DNA from: Tubiluchus corallicola
Taxonomy: Eukaryota; Animalia; Priapulida
DNA length: 64,000 nt
Direction: 5' to 3'
Assembly (NCBI GenBank): GCA_030141605.1
Contig: JAQGDQ010000833.1
Location: 1 to 64,000, forward strand
Shown: piece by piece, positions 32,028 through 45,800 of the stretch
How the letters are laid out: every line of letters starts with the position of its first letter
Position numbering within the stretch: the stretch's first letter is position 1
Notes under the pieces: model-generated
The model's database searches: none
What the model was told of the DNA's origin: nothing
Seen by the model: the letters and a program-made list of their open reading frames with translations, nothing else
Position numbers and translations under genes: made by a program

Positions 32028-35000
32028 TCATGTGTCATGCAATAGTTCTTGCATTTTTTCAACCTTGACTCTTCGTAGATGGGCGAGCGTCCGTTTGTTT
32101 ACATACGTCGATAAGAATTCTCCGATGTCCATCCTCCCCTCCAGGAAGTCCTCAGACATTTGCTAAACATAAAAACCAGTGTCAACAAATCGTGTATCGC
32201 TTCCGAAGAGTTACAAGACTAGATATACATTTACAGCGTTTGACCGTAGAAAAAACTGATGGATGCACTTAAAGCTGTGTTCACATTTGCAAGCATCAAC
32301 ACTAAATGTGCCTTCCTTAATAACACATCCACAGGGTGTCTGCTGGGACATGACTATAGAGTGAATTAAGCTTGAATTATTTAAAACTTGTTATGTACTA
32401 AAGAGTATTTTAAACGACAAGAACAAGAAAAGGGGTACCTGAAGAAGAAAAGACGCACCTGAAGTAGGTTTCAGAAAAACTGCCTTAAAAATTATATTAC
32501 TTTACAGTAATTTTATGCGTATATCTCTACTCGCATTAAAAGGGATTTTTTGTTTGTTTTCATTTTAAATCTCCCGCAATGCTGTTCCGACGGCACCATT
32601 ACATGACGTCATATACGCACAATGTAAATGAGGGGAAGAAAAGGAAATGCTAAAGTATTTCCCAAAAAAACTTTCCATGCAAAATTATATTACTTAGCTT
32701 ACCTGGTTAACAGACTTATGTAACTAGAAAAGAAAATTATTAATTATTTAAAATGCTTTCACTAATTGGTAAAATGATGCTGACTCACCCTCCAGGGTGC
32801 ACCTCTCACTAACCAAAAACGTATTTTTAATTTTATTGACAAAATGCAGTAAGTTAAAATTTTACTCAATTAGTGACGTGTGTGCTACAAATGCTCTGAT
32901 TACTTTTTCAAACTTTACATAATGTTATCTAAACTTGTTTCAAATGACCTGTTGTCAAAATGGCTGCATCTAACGGTCATGGCGGGAGTTTAAATATACA
33001 TATTTTATACAGCGTTACTGTCGACGCAAGTCTAATATGCAAAAAGGTAGTGGTAAAATATTTCAAGACGAATTTTTTAAACTTTATGTAAGTGGAGGGT
33101 TTTCTTGTGCTTTAAATTCCTGCTGTGAAAATTTAGAATGAGCAGAATGTGATTAAAAATGTAGACCACAAATACAGCACACAAGTTATTTTACACTTGT
33201 CCAGTACGCTGAAACTTGTACACCTGTTTTTGAAGGAAAAAAGCACCAATTTTATAACATACTTCCTTTGCATGCTCTTCTTCTTCTCTTTCTTTCTTTG
33301 TAGTTAAAGATAATTTATATTAAAGAATTATAAGTGGTCACCGGAAAGAATTTCCGTAATTGAGTTCATCTCTGTTGCCAGCCTTTTCATTTACAGTATT
33401 GCTAACTAATTTGCACGTCATATATCTAACATTGGTGCATTGGTGCTTATTTCATTAACTATGTGATAATCAATGCTTAATTGTATGTTTGGTTGCACTT
33501 CTGTGCTTTATTTAATGTTAGAAGTTGTGATAAATTTAGTATGAAAAAGTGCTGTGATAAAAATTAACAACGCATATGGGGCAAATCACGAGTTATAATA
33601 AATTATATTTTGTGTGGCCATTCTTTTAATTAAATAGTTTTCCAATTTTTCTTACTTACAAAGTCATGAATTGATCTAAACTACACATTTTAACAGCAAA
33701 ACATTCTAATCAACAACTCGTAGACGTAAGCGTTATGCGTCTCTTCCTATACAAAAGCACAAATTAGACTATACAGTCATCGAACATCTCCGTACTCGTA
33801 CAAATCGGTTTTTGACCAGAAAATTCGAGTTGAAATTGTCTCCGTTCTCCACCAAAATTTCGGTGCTCGACCAACCGCCAAGCACGTGATGAACGCATGC
33901 GCGGCGAGCCAAATAGAGCCAAGCGTAACCGACTGCGCCCGAGAATAGTCATACACGTGTTTCTGCTCTTGCTTACGTATACCATCACACTGCTACCAAC
34001 ACGTGAGGTTTCATGCAGGAATAATTGTGTTTTCCTTTCTAAGTAATTTTATTATGTTTTTATTATCAGTTATATCATATCTACTGTTTAGATAAACATT
34101 TTTACATTATTATATTTCATTTTAGTAATACTTTACAGTTCATTTGGTGCTTGAGAACGGTGCTTTTACAATATTTCTTATGGGAATGATTCGGTACTCA
34201 ACCAAATCGGTTTTCAAACACTTTTTAGGAACGAATTATGGTCGAAAACCAAGGTATGACTGTATATATTTCCACTCATACGTTTAAATTTAAATCATCA
34301 ATAACAAATTCAAAACCAGATCAATGTCTCCGCCACAAACGAGCATTGTTCACAGTAGCCATTCCAGCTAGATGAGAAAAAAATGCCCATTTCCTGGATC
34401 TTCATAATAGTGCATTGCACAAGAGTGGGAACTGCTATCAGCTCAGCAGAGTTATAAATGCTACATCACACAAACGAACTACGTAATTAGGATAGTCTCC
34501 TGAAATCACACTCATACCGGTGATGAACTAAAATTCGAAATTGTAAACTTATTTGCCAAGGTCAGCACAACAGTGCTGTATTCCAATTATTGATCTCCAA
34601 TACATGTGCATGAGATGCACGTGAAAGATTTCCATAATTGAAAATGGTACCTAATAGTAACATCTTCGCTAATTATGCTGATTTATGTACAACAGTGAAA
34701 CTTGGGGTTTAACGATTACTCAAGAAAAGCAGACTGACACATTACATAGCAGTCTTCTTAGGAAAGTTTTAAAGATAAGATGGCCATACATAATCAAAAA
34801 TGAAAATTTATACATCAGAACCAAAGAAACTTCTTGGAGTTCAAAAGTCAAGATCCGAAGATTAAGATGGCTAGGACATCTTCTAAGATTACCAAATCAA
34901 GCACCTGTAAAAATCGCCTTAAAGGAAGCCTTAAAACCTTGCAAAAAACCACCTGGTAAACCTAAAACAACTTGGATAGCTAAGATAAATAAAGATGTTC

Positions 35001-38000
35001 AACAGCTTCAATGAAATCCATCTTTAAGAGTAGAAGAACTTACGCTGTTAGCTGCAGATAGAAGTGGGTGGAATACTCTGATAAATGTTGATACGTCAAT
35101 GCCTACAATAGATGGAATGAGACTTTGAAGAAAGAAGAAATACTTATGCTGACAGTCTGTTAGTTAAAATTCTTAAAACTTATCTCCTATAACTTATAAC
35201 TATGCAGTATGTAACAAAATGTATATCTTGGATCATAAGTAAAAATGAAAGTGTCCGAAAAATGTCGAGTTTCTCTTAAAATTTTGAACAATTAAAGCTT
35301 CATCACTTACGTCAGTTTCTTCTTCTACTTCAGCTGCACCGGCCTTTAAAATTGCTAAAACTGTTTCCAGAGATCGTGAACTGGATAAACTATCTAAAAA
35401 TAAAATTTACCCGTCAGAGATGAAAAGCATCTAGAAGCCGTCACTTACATATCTTGCCCATAAATATATTGGAATTTCTGCATTCTATATAATGGTTCTC
35501 CTACTTGATGTGACATGTTTTAGCTAAAGCTATATATTCTGGTAACTACAGTCAGAAACGTGTTATACAACACGCACATACAGATCGCTCAATTACCCCT
35601 AGATCTAGGACCTTATCAGGGTTCCCACAGAACTTTAAAATAAATTTCCCTGACTTTTCCCGACTAAGATAAGCAGAAATTATATTACCATTATACATAT
35701 TCAAACATTTTTGTCTATGGACATTCATACATATACTGATATATAATGTGTCGGCACAGTTTTAATACTGCTAAAGAAATTACACTAATCACATTAAATG
35801 TGATTAACCTAATCATTATTTTTGGAACAGAAATCAAAAGTGAGAGCCTGCCATAGCAAAATTTCATTCAAACATGAATCGCTGAAAAATATGTTTGTGA
35901 AAATATCAGTTCACGGTGATTATTTTTCAACCCTTTCCAACTTCTCTGACTTTCACCCCATTTTCATCATTTTCCCTGACTTTTTACCAAACTATCTTTT
36001 TCCTTGATTTTCCACGATAGCCTGTATTTTCAAGGATTTTCCAGGATTTTCCTGACCGGAGGAGCCCTACTTATGCATGTGTGGTCATTTGCTAAGAAAT
36101 GAAATCATGTTCAGAATGATTAAACTGACATTTAAAAACAAATGAACGTCACTTACCTAGCTTGGCTTTTTCATTATCGAATTCTTGTCGAATTTCCATA
36201 TACTGCTTATGCGACTCCATCAAATTTGCTTTTGCTTGCGCAAGACGAGGTTCTCTTGATAAATTAAATTCTGAGAGACTGCTGTTACTGGCTAACAGCA
36301 TCCCTTTTTCATTCAAAATATTTTGCAGCTAACAACACAAAGACAATTAAAATACCTTCACAAATTAAATGAAACTAGAGCACAGTGACGGGCGATTTTG
36401 AAATTTTCTAATTCGATTACAATCTTGTTCTTATAATTTGATATCACGATTAATCTTTTGCAGTAATTTTTTATCATTTTAGTCAAATTTTTCAAACATT
36501 ACAGCACTGAAATATAGTCTATAAACTTCTTCAAGGCTTTTGTCGCTGTCTGCCATGTTCATACTCGCAAACTATTTTTACAGACACGTACATTCATTAA
36601 TTACTATATTACTATGTCAACTACATATGTCATGTGAATACAAATAAGAAGCCCTAGTTTGCAACACTGTGATTTGCAAATGTGTGCATTGTGTAAAGTG
36701 AGGAAAACGAAGAAAAAGATGTAAGAATTTTGTTTATATCTGCTAAAACTCTTGCCTATTAGTCTGTGTGTAACACGTACTGTTCAATTACTGTTCAATC
36801 CTCGTTTATATCGATTTATACATGGTTGTGATCTCGATTAATTCAATTAATCTATTAATTGCCCCTCACTACTTGAGGAAATTAATGACACACTGTTGCA
36901 GCTAAGATTAATTACGTTACTGTGTGAAATGGCGTTCCCAGATTTTGTCGACGCCTAAATGGTATGGTGCGTTTTGAGGATAACTGCCAAATTTGGTTTT
37001 ATTTTAATCATTCATCTCAGGCCTGACAAGTACAATAAAATACCTGCAGAGTACATTAAAAACAGTTTTTGTATCATTTCTATTTAAAGATAAACTGAAC
37101 CGCATCTTAAACTACAGCTCAAAAAATCTACCCCGCAAGACACTAAAAGGAAACGTACTATTTTTTCAAGAATGACTTATTCAAAAGGATTATTACCTCA
37201 GAAACTTAATTTTCCATTCGCGCGGGTAGTTCTTCACTGTCAATGCATTTTGCCATTAGCTAGTTAGATGGACACTAGCACCCCCTCTCAGAAACACATT
37301 CCACAAAAAATAGGCACTGTACCTCTCAGTTCAGAAGTGTTCAGATGTGATGTACTGGACACGTTCGAGAGCTCATGAGTAAGCACAGCGGTAAACTTAA
37401 AATTTTTATTTTTAAACTTAAAACTTGCCAAGTTTTTGTATATTACACTGAATGTTGTGCAGTAGCAGTAGCAGTAATACAACATGCTCGTTGAATGTTT
37501 GTTCTGTTGGAAATTATGTTAGTTTGTGATGTCATCACTAGTTGGACTTGCCCACCATTAATTCAGTTTTAACCTATTATTTAATTATAATACACCTTGG
37601 CAGTATTACAGGTGTTAAAACATGTACTTTTTACCATGCTTCAAAATGGGGTAGCATTTGAACAATCATTCTGTTTTCATTTAAGCTTTTACCATCTGCT
37701 TTCTGAAGATATTTTCACTCTAATTGACTTTTGAGATCACAAATGCTATAGTTCTAGAACAAGCTGCATAATTTGCTCTATTTTCGATTAAACCTAGTTA
37801 GCCGAGATGTATGCAATGATCAAGCGCCAATTAAGCACAAATTATAAGGACACCACCACTTATTATGCGGGTCATTCTCTACAGAACGTGCAAAACAGAT
37901 GTTAAAAAATCTGCTAAATGACTGGAAAGATGTTCTTAAAATTACTCTGCCCTGTTATTAATAAGGTTCCCTTGTATACAAAAAGGATACTGGCAGAGCT

Positions 38001-38660
38001 TAAAACACTTGTAAAAATTTACTATGACCATTTTAAAGTTATCTGAACAATAACTTTTGTCATTACTGTTACATGAGGTGTGCAATACAACCTATAAACA
38101 TCAAGGAGTGTCATAAACCAATGGTCTTGTAAAATATATTTTTTGTCCCTTGCTATAAATATCTGGTCCAATTTTTATCGCACCAGAAACTTTGTTATTT
38201 AAAAAAATTATCCTGGGACAACAATTGTACGTTCTGTGGCGAATGACCCATGTCCTGGCATGCAGAAACAATTTCTGCAAAAATTCCAATTAAGAAAAGG
38301 TTTTTAAATTTACTTTCCCTGCAAAAACAAAAACTAAATACTACACACTGTCTTTATATATGTGTAGAGGCCCATTTTGTGTATTACATAATGTTATTGC
38401 TAATAAATTAGAAACAATAACGCACAGCTGTTACTTACTGGTTTAGAGTTATGTATCAGCTCGTCTGTTTTGGCATCATCATCAAGCAAACCTTGCAGTT
38501 CTGACTTTGTTAAACTTTTCACAGAAGTCAAGCACTCTTCTATTTCCAGCTGATACATCACCGGAGTTTGCGGAGACTGAATTCCGGGAGGTCTGTAGCT
38601 AGGAGATCCCGAGAGAGGATATGGAGGAGGAATGGCAGGTTGAGTATATCCAGAGTACAT
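32028..38660 (-). CDS. VPS37: VPS37-family ESCRT-I subunit (Mod(r) domain), 203 aa, 4 coding exons
   Basis: complement(join(32028..32162,35311..35393,36157..36328,38439..38660)) = 612 nt, GT-AG, frame-consistent; LLASNSSLSEFNLSREPRL...AAEVEEETDQMSEDFLEG...FLSTYVNKRTLAHLRRVKVEKMQELL is the Mod(r)/VPS37 core. Confidence 0.9.
32414..33111 (-). mobile_element. TTAA-flanked MITE family B (inverted copy)
   Basis: Reverse-complement homology to 18592-19220. Confidence 0.75.
33774..34262 (+). mobile_element. Tigger-like MITE (copy of 12850-13333)
   Basis: High similarity to 12850-13333; TA flanks. Confidence 0.85.
34685..35140 (+). mobile_element. 5'-truncated RTE-like LINE 3' end
   Basis: YNSETWGLT...LRKVLKIRWP...RRLRWLGHLLR...GKPKTTW; GAA-rich tail at ~35127-35140. 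Confidence 0.85.
35617..36069 (+). mobile_element. MITE family D
   Basis: CAGGGTTCCCAC...GGAGCCCTA; homologous to 13959-14380 and 46190-46649. Confidence 0.75.
36383..36871. mobile_element. hAT-like MITE next to VPS37 coding exon 2
   Basis: TIRs CAGTGACGGGCGATT / AATTGCCCCTCACTA with AATCG-type subterminal motifs. Confidence 0.6.
37088..37680 (-). mobile_element. TTAA-flanked MITE family A (inverted, diverged)
   Basis: Reverse-complement homology to 11788-12426. Confidence 0.7.
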
Positions 38661-38739
38661 TTTTACAACTTTACGACTGAAAAAATGACAACCGTTAGTT
38701 TTCATTAAAAATTTTATCAGCATTTTTTTTGTTTTTCTT

Positions 38740-39722
38740 GCCATCACAATGAAGCCAAGTGACAATACATCTCTATTGCCATCACAATGAAGCCAAGTGA
38801 CAATACATCTCTATTGCCATCACAATGAAGCCAAGTGACAATACATCTCTACTGCCATCACAATGAAGCCAAGCGACAATACATCTCTATTGGCATCACA
38901 ATGAAGCCAAGTGACAATACATCTCTATTGGCATCACAATAAAGCCAAGTGACAATACATCTCTATTGCCATCACAATGAAGCCAAGTGACAATACATCT
39001 CTATTGCCATCACAATGAAGCCAAGTGACAATACATCTCTATTGCCATCACAATGAAGCCAAATGACAATACATCTCTATTGCCATCACATTGGAGCCAA
39101 GTGACAATACATCTCTATTGCCATCACATTGGAGCCAAGTGACAATACATCTCTATTGCCATCACAATGAGGCCAAGTGACAATACATCTCTATTGCCAT
39201 CACAATGAAGCCAAATGACAATACATCTCTATTGCCATCACATTGGAGCCAAGTGACAATACATCTCTATTGCCATCACAATGAAGCCAAGTGACAATAC
39301 ATCTCTACTGCCATCACAATGAAGCCAAGTGACAATACATCTCTATTGCCATCACAATGGAGCCAAGTGACAATACATCTCTAGTGCCATCACATTGGAG
39401 CCAAGTGACAATACATCTCTATTGCCATCACAATGAAGCCAAGTGACAATACATCTCTACTGCCATCACAATGAAGCCAAGTGACAATACATCTCTATTG
39501 CCATCACAATGGAGCCAAGTGACAATACATCTCTATTGCCATCACATTGGAGCCAAGTGACAATACATCTCTATTGCCATCACAATGAAGCCAAGTGACA
39601 ATACATCTCTACTGCCATCACAATGAAGCCAAGTGACAATACATCTCTATTGCCATCACAATGGAGCCAAGTGACAATACATCTCTATTGCCATCACATT
39701 GGAGCCAAGTGACAATACATCC
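38740..39722. repeat. 38-bp minisatellite (~26 copies) in the VPS37 5' intron
   Basis: Unit GCCATCACAATGAAGCCAAGTGACAATACATCTCTATT, near-identical, no spacers. Confidence 0.97.
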
Positions 39723-41218
39723 ATACAACATGAAGGTTTTTGGAGGCATGGAATCATTCTTTGCAGACCCAAAATAAGTGGGTCAGCGCATCTCTGCTAC
39801 ACGGCACTCGCTCAACTTCTAAAATGTCATTGCTCATGTATAGGTCGCATACTGAAGAAACATATTAGAGCTAATTTTGTCCTTAAAATATAAACACAGT
39901 CTTTGATAGCTTTTGAGCAATGCTTAAGATTTCTGCAAAAGAATTATCAACATGTTAATACCTTTGTGGATACCTACTGCATGAACTTGTGAACTTCATT
40001 TTAAATGTTTCGAGATTGCGACACCTAAATATTGAACTGATGAAACGAAATTTAATAACGTTTGCCCGGGTTTAGAATGTATTCGTGATCTACAGCATTG
40101 GAACAAACACGAGAAACACATAATTATGATGTCACACTCGTCAATGTTATTTACAAAATAATTCGCCAGTGCTGATCCCATTTATGGAATGCCCTTAAAT
40201 CTTTTTGTACAGCAAGACAGTCATTACAAAATCTGACAAAATGCTACAAAACACAAGTGTTAGTAAGTATTATTGATGCATGTCAAAAATAATCGTATAC
40301 CCACAGAGATCTCAAAACATATAACAGCTCAAAGCCTAGTACTACTACTAGTAAAATTAGTGTTAAAATTAAGTAGAAATTATTTAATGATTGTAGATTG
40401 TAAAGTAAATTTAGTAGACACTATTGCCTTCATCAGTCCTCTGACTGTATGTACACAAAAATTTTACGTATATGTATTTTGTACAGTACAGTTTGTGTAC
40501 ATTAATTCATTGCAATAAAGAATATTAATAATATTATTATTAAAAGAAAAACAAAGATTAGCTAAATTTCGTGAAAAGCGCTGCTTAAAATTATACTGGA
40601 CAAGTATATAAAATAAACTGTTGGGTCATTATTAAATGTAAAACTCAAAATAATCATAAAATCTTAATTTAGAAAAAATTACTTTTCTTCAGAAGTTCTG
40701 CCAATTAGGTAATAAAAGAAATCTTGCCAAGTGCTGATAATTTTGTCAGCACGCTTTCAAATATATGTATGGCTGAGCTACTACGACTGCTACATGCGAG
40801 TTAGGATTCTAACTTTTATTTCGGAAACTTTGCTAACTAGGATCCTAACTTAAATTTTATTACTTACCCCGTTGCTTTTTTATTTGTTCTTTTATTGACT
40901 GATCAATTCACTTATATTTTCATATTAATTTGTTTACATGTCTAAATTTGCTTACTTATTTATATGTTTACCTGGAATTTACTTGGAAAGACCTCCTATA
41001 CCGTTAACCCCATAGTTCCTTTGTGGTCTTCAGCTTCTTGGGTGTTCCAGAATACACAATTATTTTGATTTAAATTTATTTATGTTTATAGTGTCTATTG
41101 CAGCTTGTGGCAGTCTATTCCAGTGACTGATTACTCGCTGGTGATTTATATAGATGTTCATGGATTTCTATCTAGCAGATATACAGCAGATATACAGCAG
41201 AACACTATACCACATTAT

Positions 41219-41590
41219 TAAGGGTGAGCATTCTCTGCCAGAAAGTGAATTCGAACCGAATCGAATTTGTGACTTTAGAATACGAATTGAACTGAACTTC
41301 AGTATTGCGAATTCGAATTGAGATTGAAAGATTTTTGGACGAGTATTCGAACCACCGGTAAAAATTAGTCTTACAAAAATCATGCAAATTACTCGATTTT
41401 GTTCTGCAGTAAAACCAATTATAATTTGTTTAAAAATGTGCACAAATGTCACAGCTAATTGCATGATGTTTCAATCATAGAGCATGATGTTTCAAATATG
41501 CGATTGAAGTGCCGAATTATTTGAATCTATAGTTTTAGATTCGAATTCGAATTAAAAAAACTCGTTCGAAACGAATATGAACATTCCGAA
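41219..41590 (-). mobile_element. hAT-type MITE (TTCGAA-rich family), one end degenerate
   Basis: Homology to 6654-7032. Confidence 0.8.
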
Positions 41591-41599
41591 CTACTTTAT

Positions 41600-42500
41600 T
41601 GACCATTTGGTCTGGCGCATTGATACATAACAGCTGGGAATAGAATTATTTCCTACATCCTGTCTTGTATGACATTTAAATAATTGCCTGTTGTGTTCTT
41701 GTCTTACTTGCATCTCCATTTGGAACATGTTATTATTTGTATTATTGTTCATGCTGTTTAAAAATTTGTACTTACAGCAATTAAGTCACATCGCACTTTG
41801 CATGTTGCCAGTGTCTGTAGTTGCAGTTGCTGCAATCTATTTCAGTAAGCCAGGTTTTCTTTATTAAAGTGCAGAGTTTTGTGGCTCTACCTTGTACACC
41901 CTCAATAAGTTTAGCATTTTTCATGTAATATGGATTCCAGATTGGTGATGCATATATTAGTTATCATGCTCTATAATTGGTCTTACTCTGGATTTGTACA
42001 AGGGAAAAAATCTCTGTTCTAGACCTACTGTTCTAGACCTATTTTATCAAATGCCTTCTGAAAATCTAATCATTGGTTCCCCACATTTAAAGCTGTGGTT
42101 GTATCCTCCAGGAAATCCAGTAAGTTAGTTGTACATGAGTGCCCAGGTAAGAATCTATGTTGTGAGTCCCTTATTAATCTATTTTCTAATAAATGTTGCA
42201 TTATGGTGTCCCTGATGATTAACTCCAAGATTTTACTAGCTATTAATGTAAGTGATATATGAGTTGATATTTCTCTGGTAAGTCCTTTTGCCACTCTTGA
42301 AGATAGGTGCAATATTGACCATTCCATGCTAGTGGAGCTTCTCCTGCAGTTAATGACATGTTAAAAATTTGAGTTATTGGACTGCAACTTCTTGGACAAG
42401 CTCTTTTAAAACTCACAGTTGAATATTACTTAGCCCTAGTCATTTATCTGTCTTTAATTTCGGTATCCTTTCTCTAACTAGTTCTATGTTTAAGTGAGTT
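41600..42500 (-). mobile_element. Fragmented CR1-like LINE
   Basis: ISLTLIASKILELIIRD...QHRFLPGHSCTTNLLDFLE is an RT motif region; many indels. Confidence 0.75.
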
Positions 42501-42870
42501 AAATCTACTGCCTAACTGCTTAATGTTTGTCAAAAAGGCTTTGTATTTCTGGAACTTCATCTAAGTTCTATTTAATATCATTTTTAATTATTTATTTTTC
42601 AGTTTATTTTTTTCATTTAATTACTTTACTTTCATTAAATTTTATTCTTTCATTTGGGTACTTTGTTTTACTTCTATTTAATTACATTGTAGCAGAACTG
42701 CATTGAAATTTCTTGACATGTAATTAATTTAATTCTTCTGCATTTTTATTTATGCATAAAAATGACTAAAGATATTTGTCTGTTATACAAATCAATAAAA
42801 TATTTAGTATTATCCATCAAGTTCATCAACCAAATTTAGATAGTGGCAGTTAGAAGAGCTGCCCTGCAAC

Positions 42871-43263
42871 TAGGGGTGAGCATCGAACGTTCGAGTGCGA
42901 ACATTCAAATCGAATTCGATTCGAACGAGATTTTTTAGTTCGAACTCGATTCGAATCCAAAACTATAGATTCGAATAATTCAGCACTTCAATCACATATG
43001 TTCCTCATCATTAAAACGATTGAAACAGCGTACAATTAGCATAATTTAGCTGTGATTTATGCACACAACTTTAAACAAATTACTAGTCGTGTTATTGCAG
43101 AACAAAATCTGGTGATATGCATGATCTTTGTAAGACTAATTTTTACTGGTGGTTCGAAAATCATTCGAAAACGGTTCAAATTTGAAACACTGAAGTTCAC
43201 TTCGATTCGAATTCGAAAGTCACAAATTCGGTTCGACTCAAATTCGCTTTCTGCTCACCCCTA
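42871..43263 (+). mobile_element. hAT-type MITE (TTCGAA-rich family)
   Basis: TIRs TAGGGGTGAGCA / TGCTCACCCCTA; 8-bp TSD CCTGCAAC. Confidence 0.92.
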
Positions 43264-44539
43264 CCTGCAACTGCAGTGATAAATTCGAAACTCGTGAAAA
43301 GCAAAGCTAAGTCGTTGTAATTCGGGACAATATTTTCACTAAAATACTCTTGAATTTGTAATCACATTTACATGGCATTTCTGATTTGTGCTGCACTCTC
43401 GCGGTGACCCGTAGCTGAAGCCATTAAGCAAAACAGATTGGTAGTCATCATTAGGTCAAATTACGTGCTGATGTACCTTTGGTAATACTGTTTTGCAGCC
43501 ATGATTAAATTCCCATTAGGTCTCTACTGTAATGTTACAGAATTTTATTAAGATTCTGATATCGACGTTTTCTTACTTTTTATTGTACGAAATGCAACAA
43601 AGGTAGGTTAGCCGAGATCGTACTTTGTCGTTTGATTTGAGTTCTCTTAATTAGAATTTGCAAGTTTACTCGTTAAATTCATCAGTAGGTATTAAGAAAG
43701 AGTAGAACTAACGTACGATAGATGATTGTGACTGGTCAGAATGGTGCGACACTGAATTGTGCCACTTGGGGGAGACTACATTTAGGTAGATAAAATTTTT
43801 GTTAAAATGAAGATAAGGACCAAGACAAGACTCCTGGATGATGGATCTCTGTACTCGTCTACTTTATGGTTGAGAACTGCCCTGGTTGATTTGTGGGCTC
43901 GCGTAGTAAAATATTTAGTCTAAGGATTGTATTAATATTCAATACATGACAGCATCACAGCAATACAGTACGTGCCAAATATTAGACTGATATTTAAATT
44001 TAAACAAGTTTATTTTTAATGTGTGTAAGTAAATAACCAACATTTTTTTACAGAAAAAGTGGTGCAAAAAAGCAGTGATATAATACAAAATAACAAAATT
44101 ATTATGATCGTTAATAAATTCCAGGAATTGTGAAAAACATTTGGAAAGTCTAGGAATTGTGAAAAACATTTGGAATGTACCAGTAGACTGGAAAATACAT
44201 AATAAGCAGATAATAAAGCCCCCTATCTATATATAACTCACCTTTGCAGCTACCCCTATGTTTTGGCTATTTTTGAGGCTTTAATTTTGGTAGCCATTAC
44301 GTAAGGAAACCAAGACTGGGGTTATGTCATGCACTCAAATCTCTAAACAATCTTTTTTGTGGTGCTTGCACTTTAACTACAAGATCGTAATGATTTGATA
44401 CATTATATACACTATATACACAAACATAGAGCAAAAAACTAGGTATAATTAAGGGTACAAGTATCATGTTCTAGGAAGTTTGAGTGTTTGCAGACTTGTT
44501 TCTCGTGAATCCAATCTATATTTCGTTCTTCTATGGCAC

Positions 44540-44790
44540 TGACATAGTATTGTCCCTTTAAACTGATTAACTGTAACTGCTTTGATGGCCTTTTAAGGTA
44601 AACCATTCCACAAATCAATTATCCCATGGCTGAAAAAATCTCTTAGATCCAGCTTTGCTCTTATCTTATACAGTTGTAACTGGTGTCCTCGTATCATCTT
44701 CCCATGACTCTCCAAAGTGAAGACGCTTCCAACGTCCACATCATCAGTTCCTTTGATGATTTTGAAAGCTTGTATTAAAGGAAGAACCAA
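44540..44790 (-). mobile_element. CR1-like LINE 3' remnant
   Basis: FKIIKG...RGHQLQLYK...FFSHGIIDLWNGLP. Confidence 0.75.
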
Positions 44791-45800
44791 CCCTCGAACA
44801 ACATTTATTGTATTTTAATATGCAATTAAAAATATTGAAATCACAATACAAAATACGCGCATAGACGCGACAAAAAACAATGGCTGACTTTTACATCATT
44901 TTTTTCAAGATTACGTTTTTCAGTGCGTAACCTGCACCTCAACTTCAACATGGATTATCTCAGCTTAGAAATAACATAGAGCAATGAACTTGGTATCGAA
45001 ATGATCCAATTAAAATGGAGATTCAGGATATGTGAATAACTTGAAAAACTTAATTGCCGACTTATGGACGATTCTGCTATGCAAGCACATATATACATTT
45101 CATACACGAGTGAAAGTAAACAGTAAAATTATATTGCCATGATCAATACAAAAGTTGTGCCTCTCACTGTGTGCAATGGATGACAGCAAGGAACTAAATC
45201 CTCAAACAGATCACTGCCTGTTATTTTGCAACAACTTTTATTCCTTTTGCCCACTATTCCTATTATTTACATGATAATTTATTTTTGACTGTCTAAGAAT
45301 TATGCTTGTGTTATAAAGTATATTTCATTTGCCATTGTTCTTATGTTTTTTGTTTTCAGTTTTTGTTTGATTATTTTTATTATGCACTTATTATTACCGT
45401 GTATGAATTGTATTAACACATTGTAAGCATATCAATTTAATGCCATTCGCAACAGTTAAATTTTTATTATGAGCAATACGAATACTAATACACTGTAGCA
45501 TAGCGCTTATAAAAATGTTCATCACTAACCAAAAGGCAGCTGACTAGATCACCAATTGATCTTTCGCTGCCCTTTCTTCACATTTTTCTTTCCAAATTAA
45601 TTGTATTATAACTGTGCGTGTGTTGCAAGATAATAAAAAGATTATTATTATGCCTATCATGCATAATAATGTGTGTAATTTTATTTGCATTCACACTTTT
45701 TATGACTAGTAACGTAATTTGAATCTCTGGCTTATTTTTTTTTGCAGGTTTTACCAGGCTAATGTCACTAATGCCACCGTTGTCTGACTGAATGTGAGAA

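Noticed and set aside
43380-43900. Possible shared promoter and first exons for VPS37 and KIF26
   Set aside because: Several candidate donors exist but none can be chosen from sequence alone.
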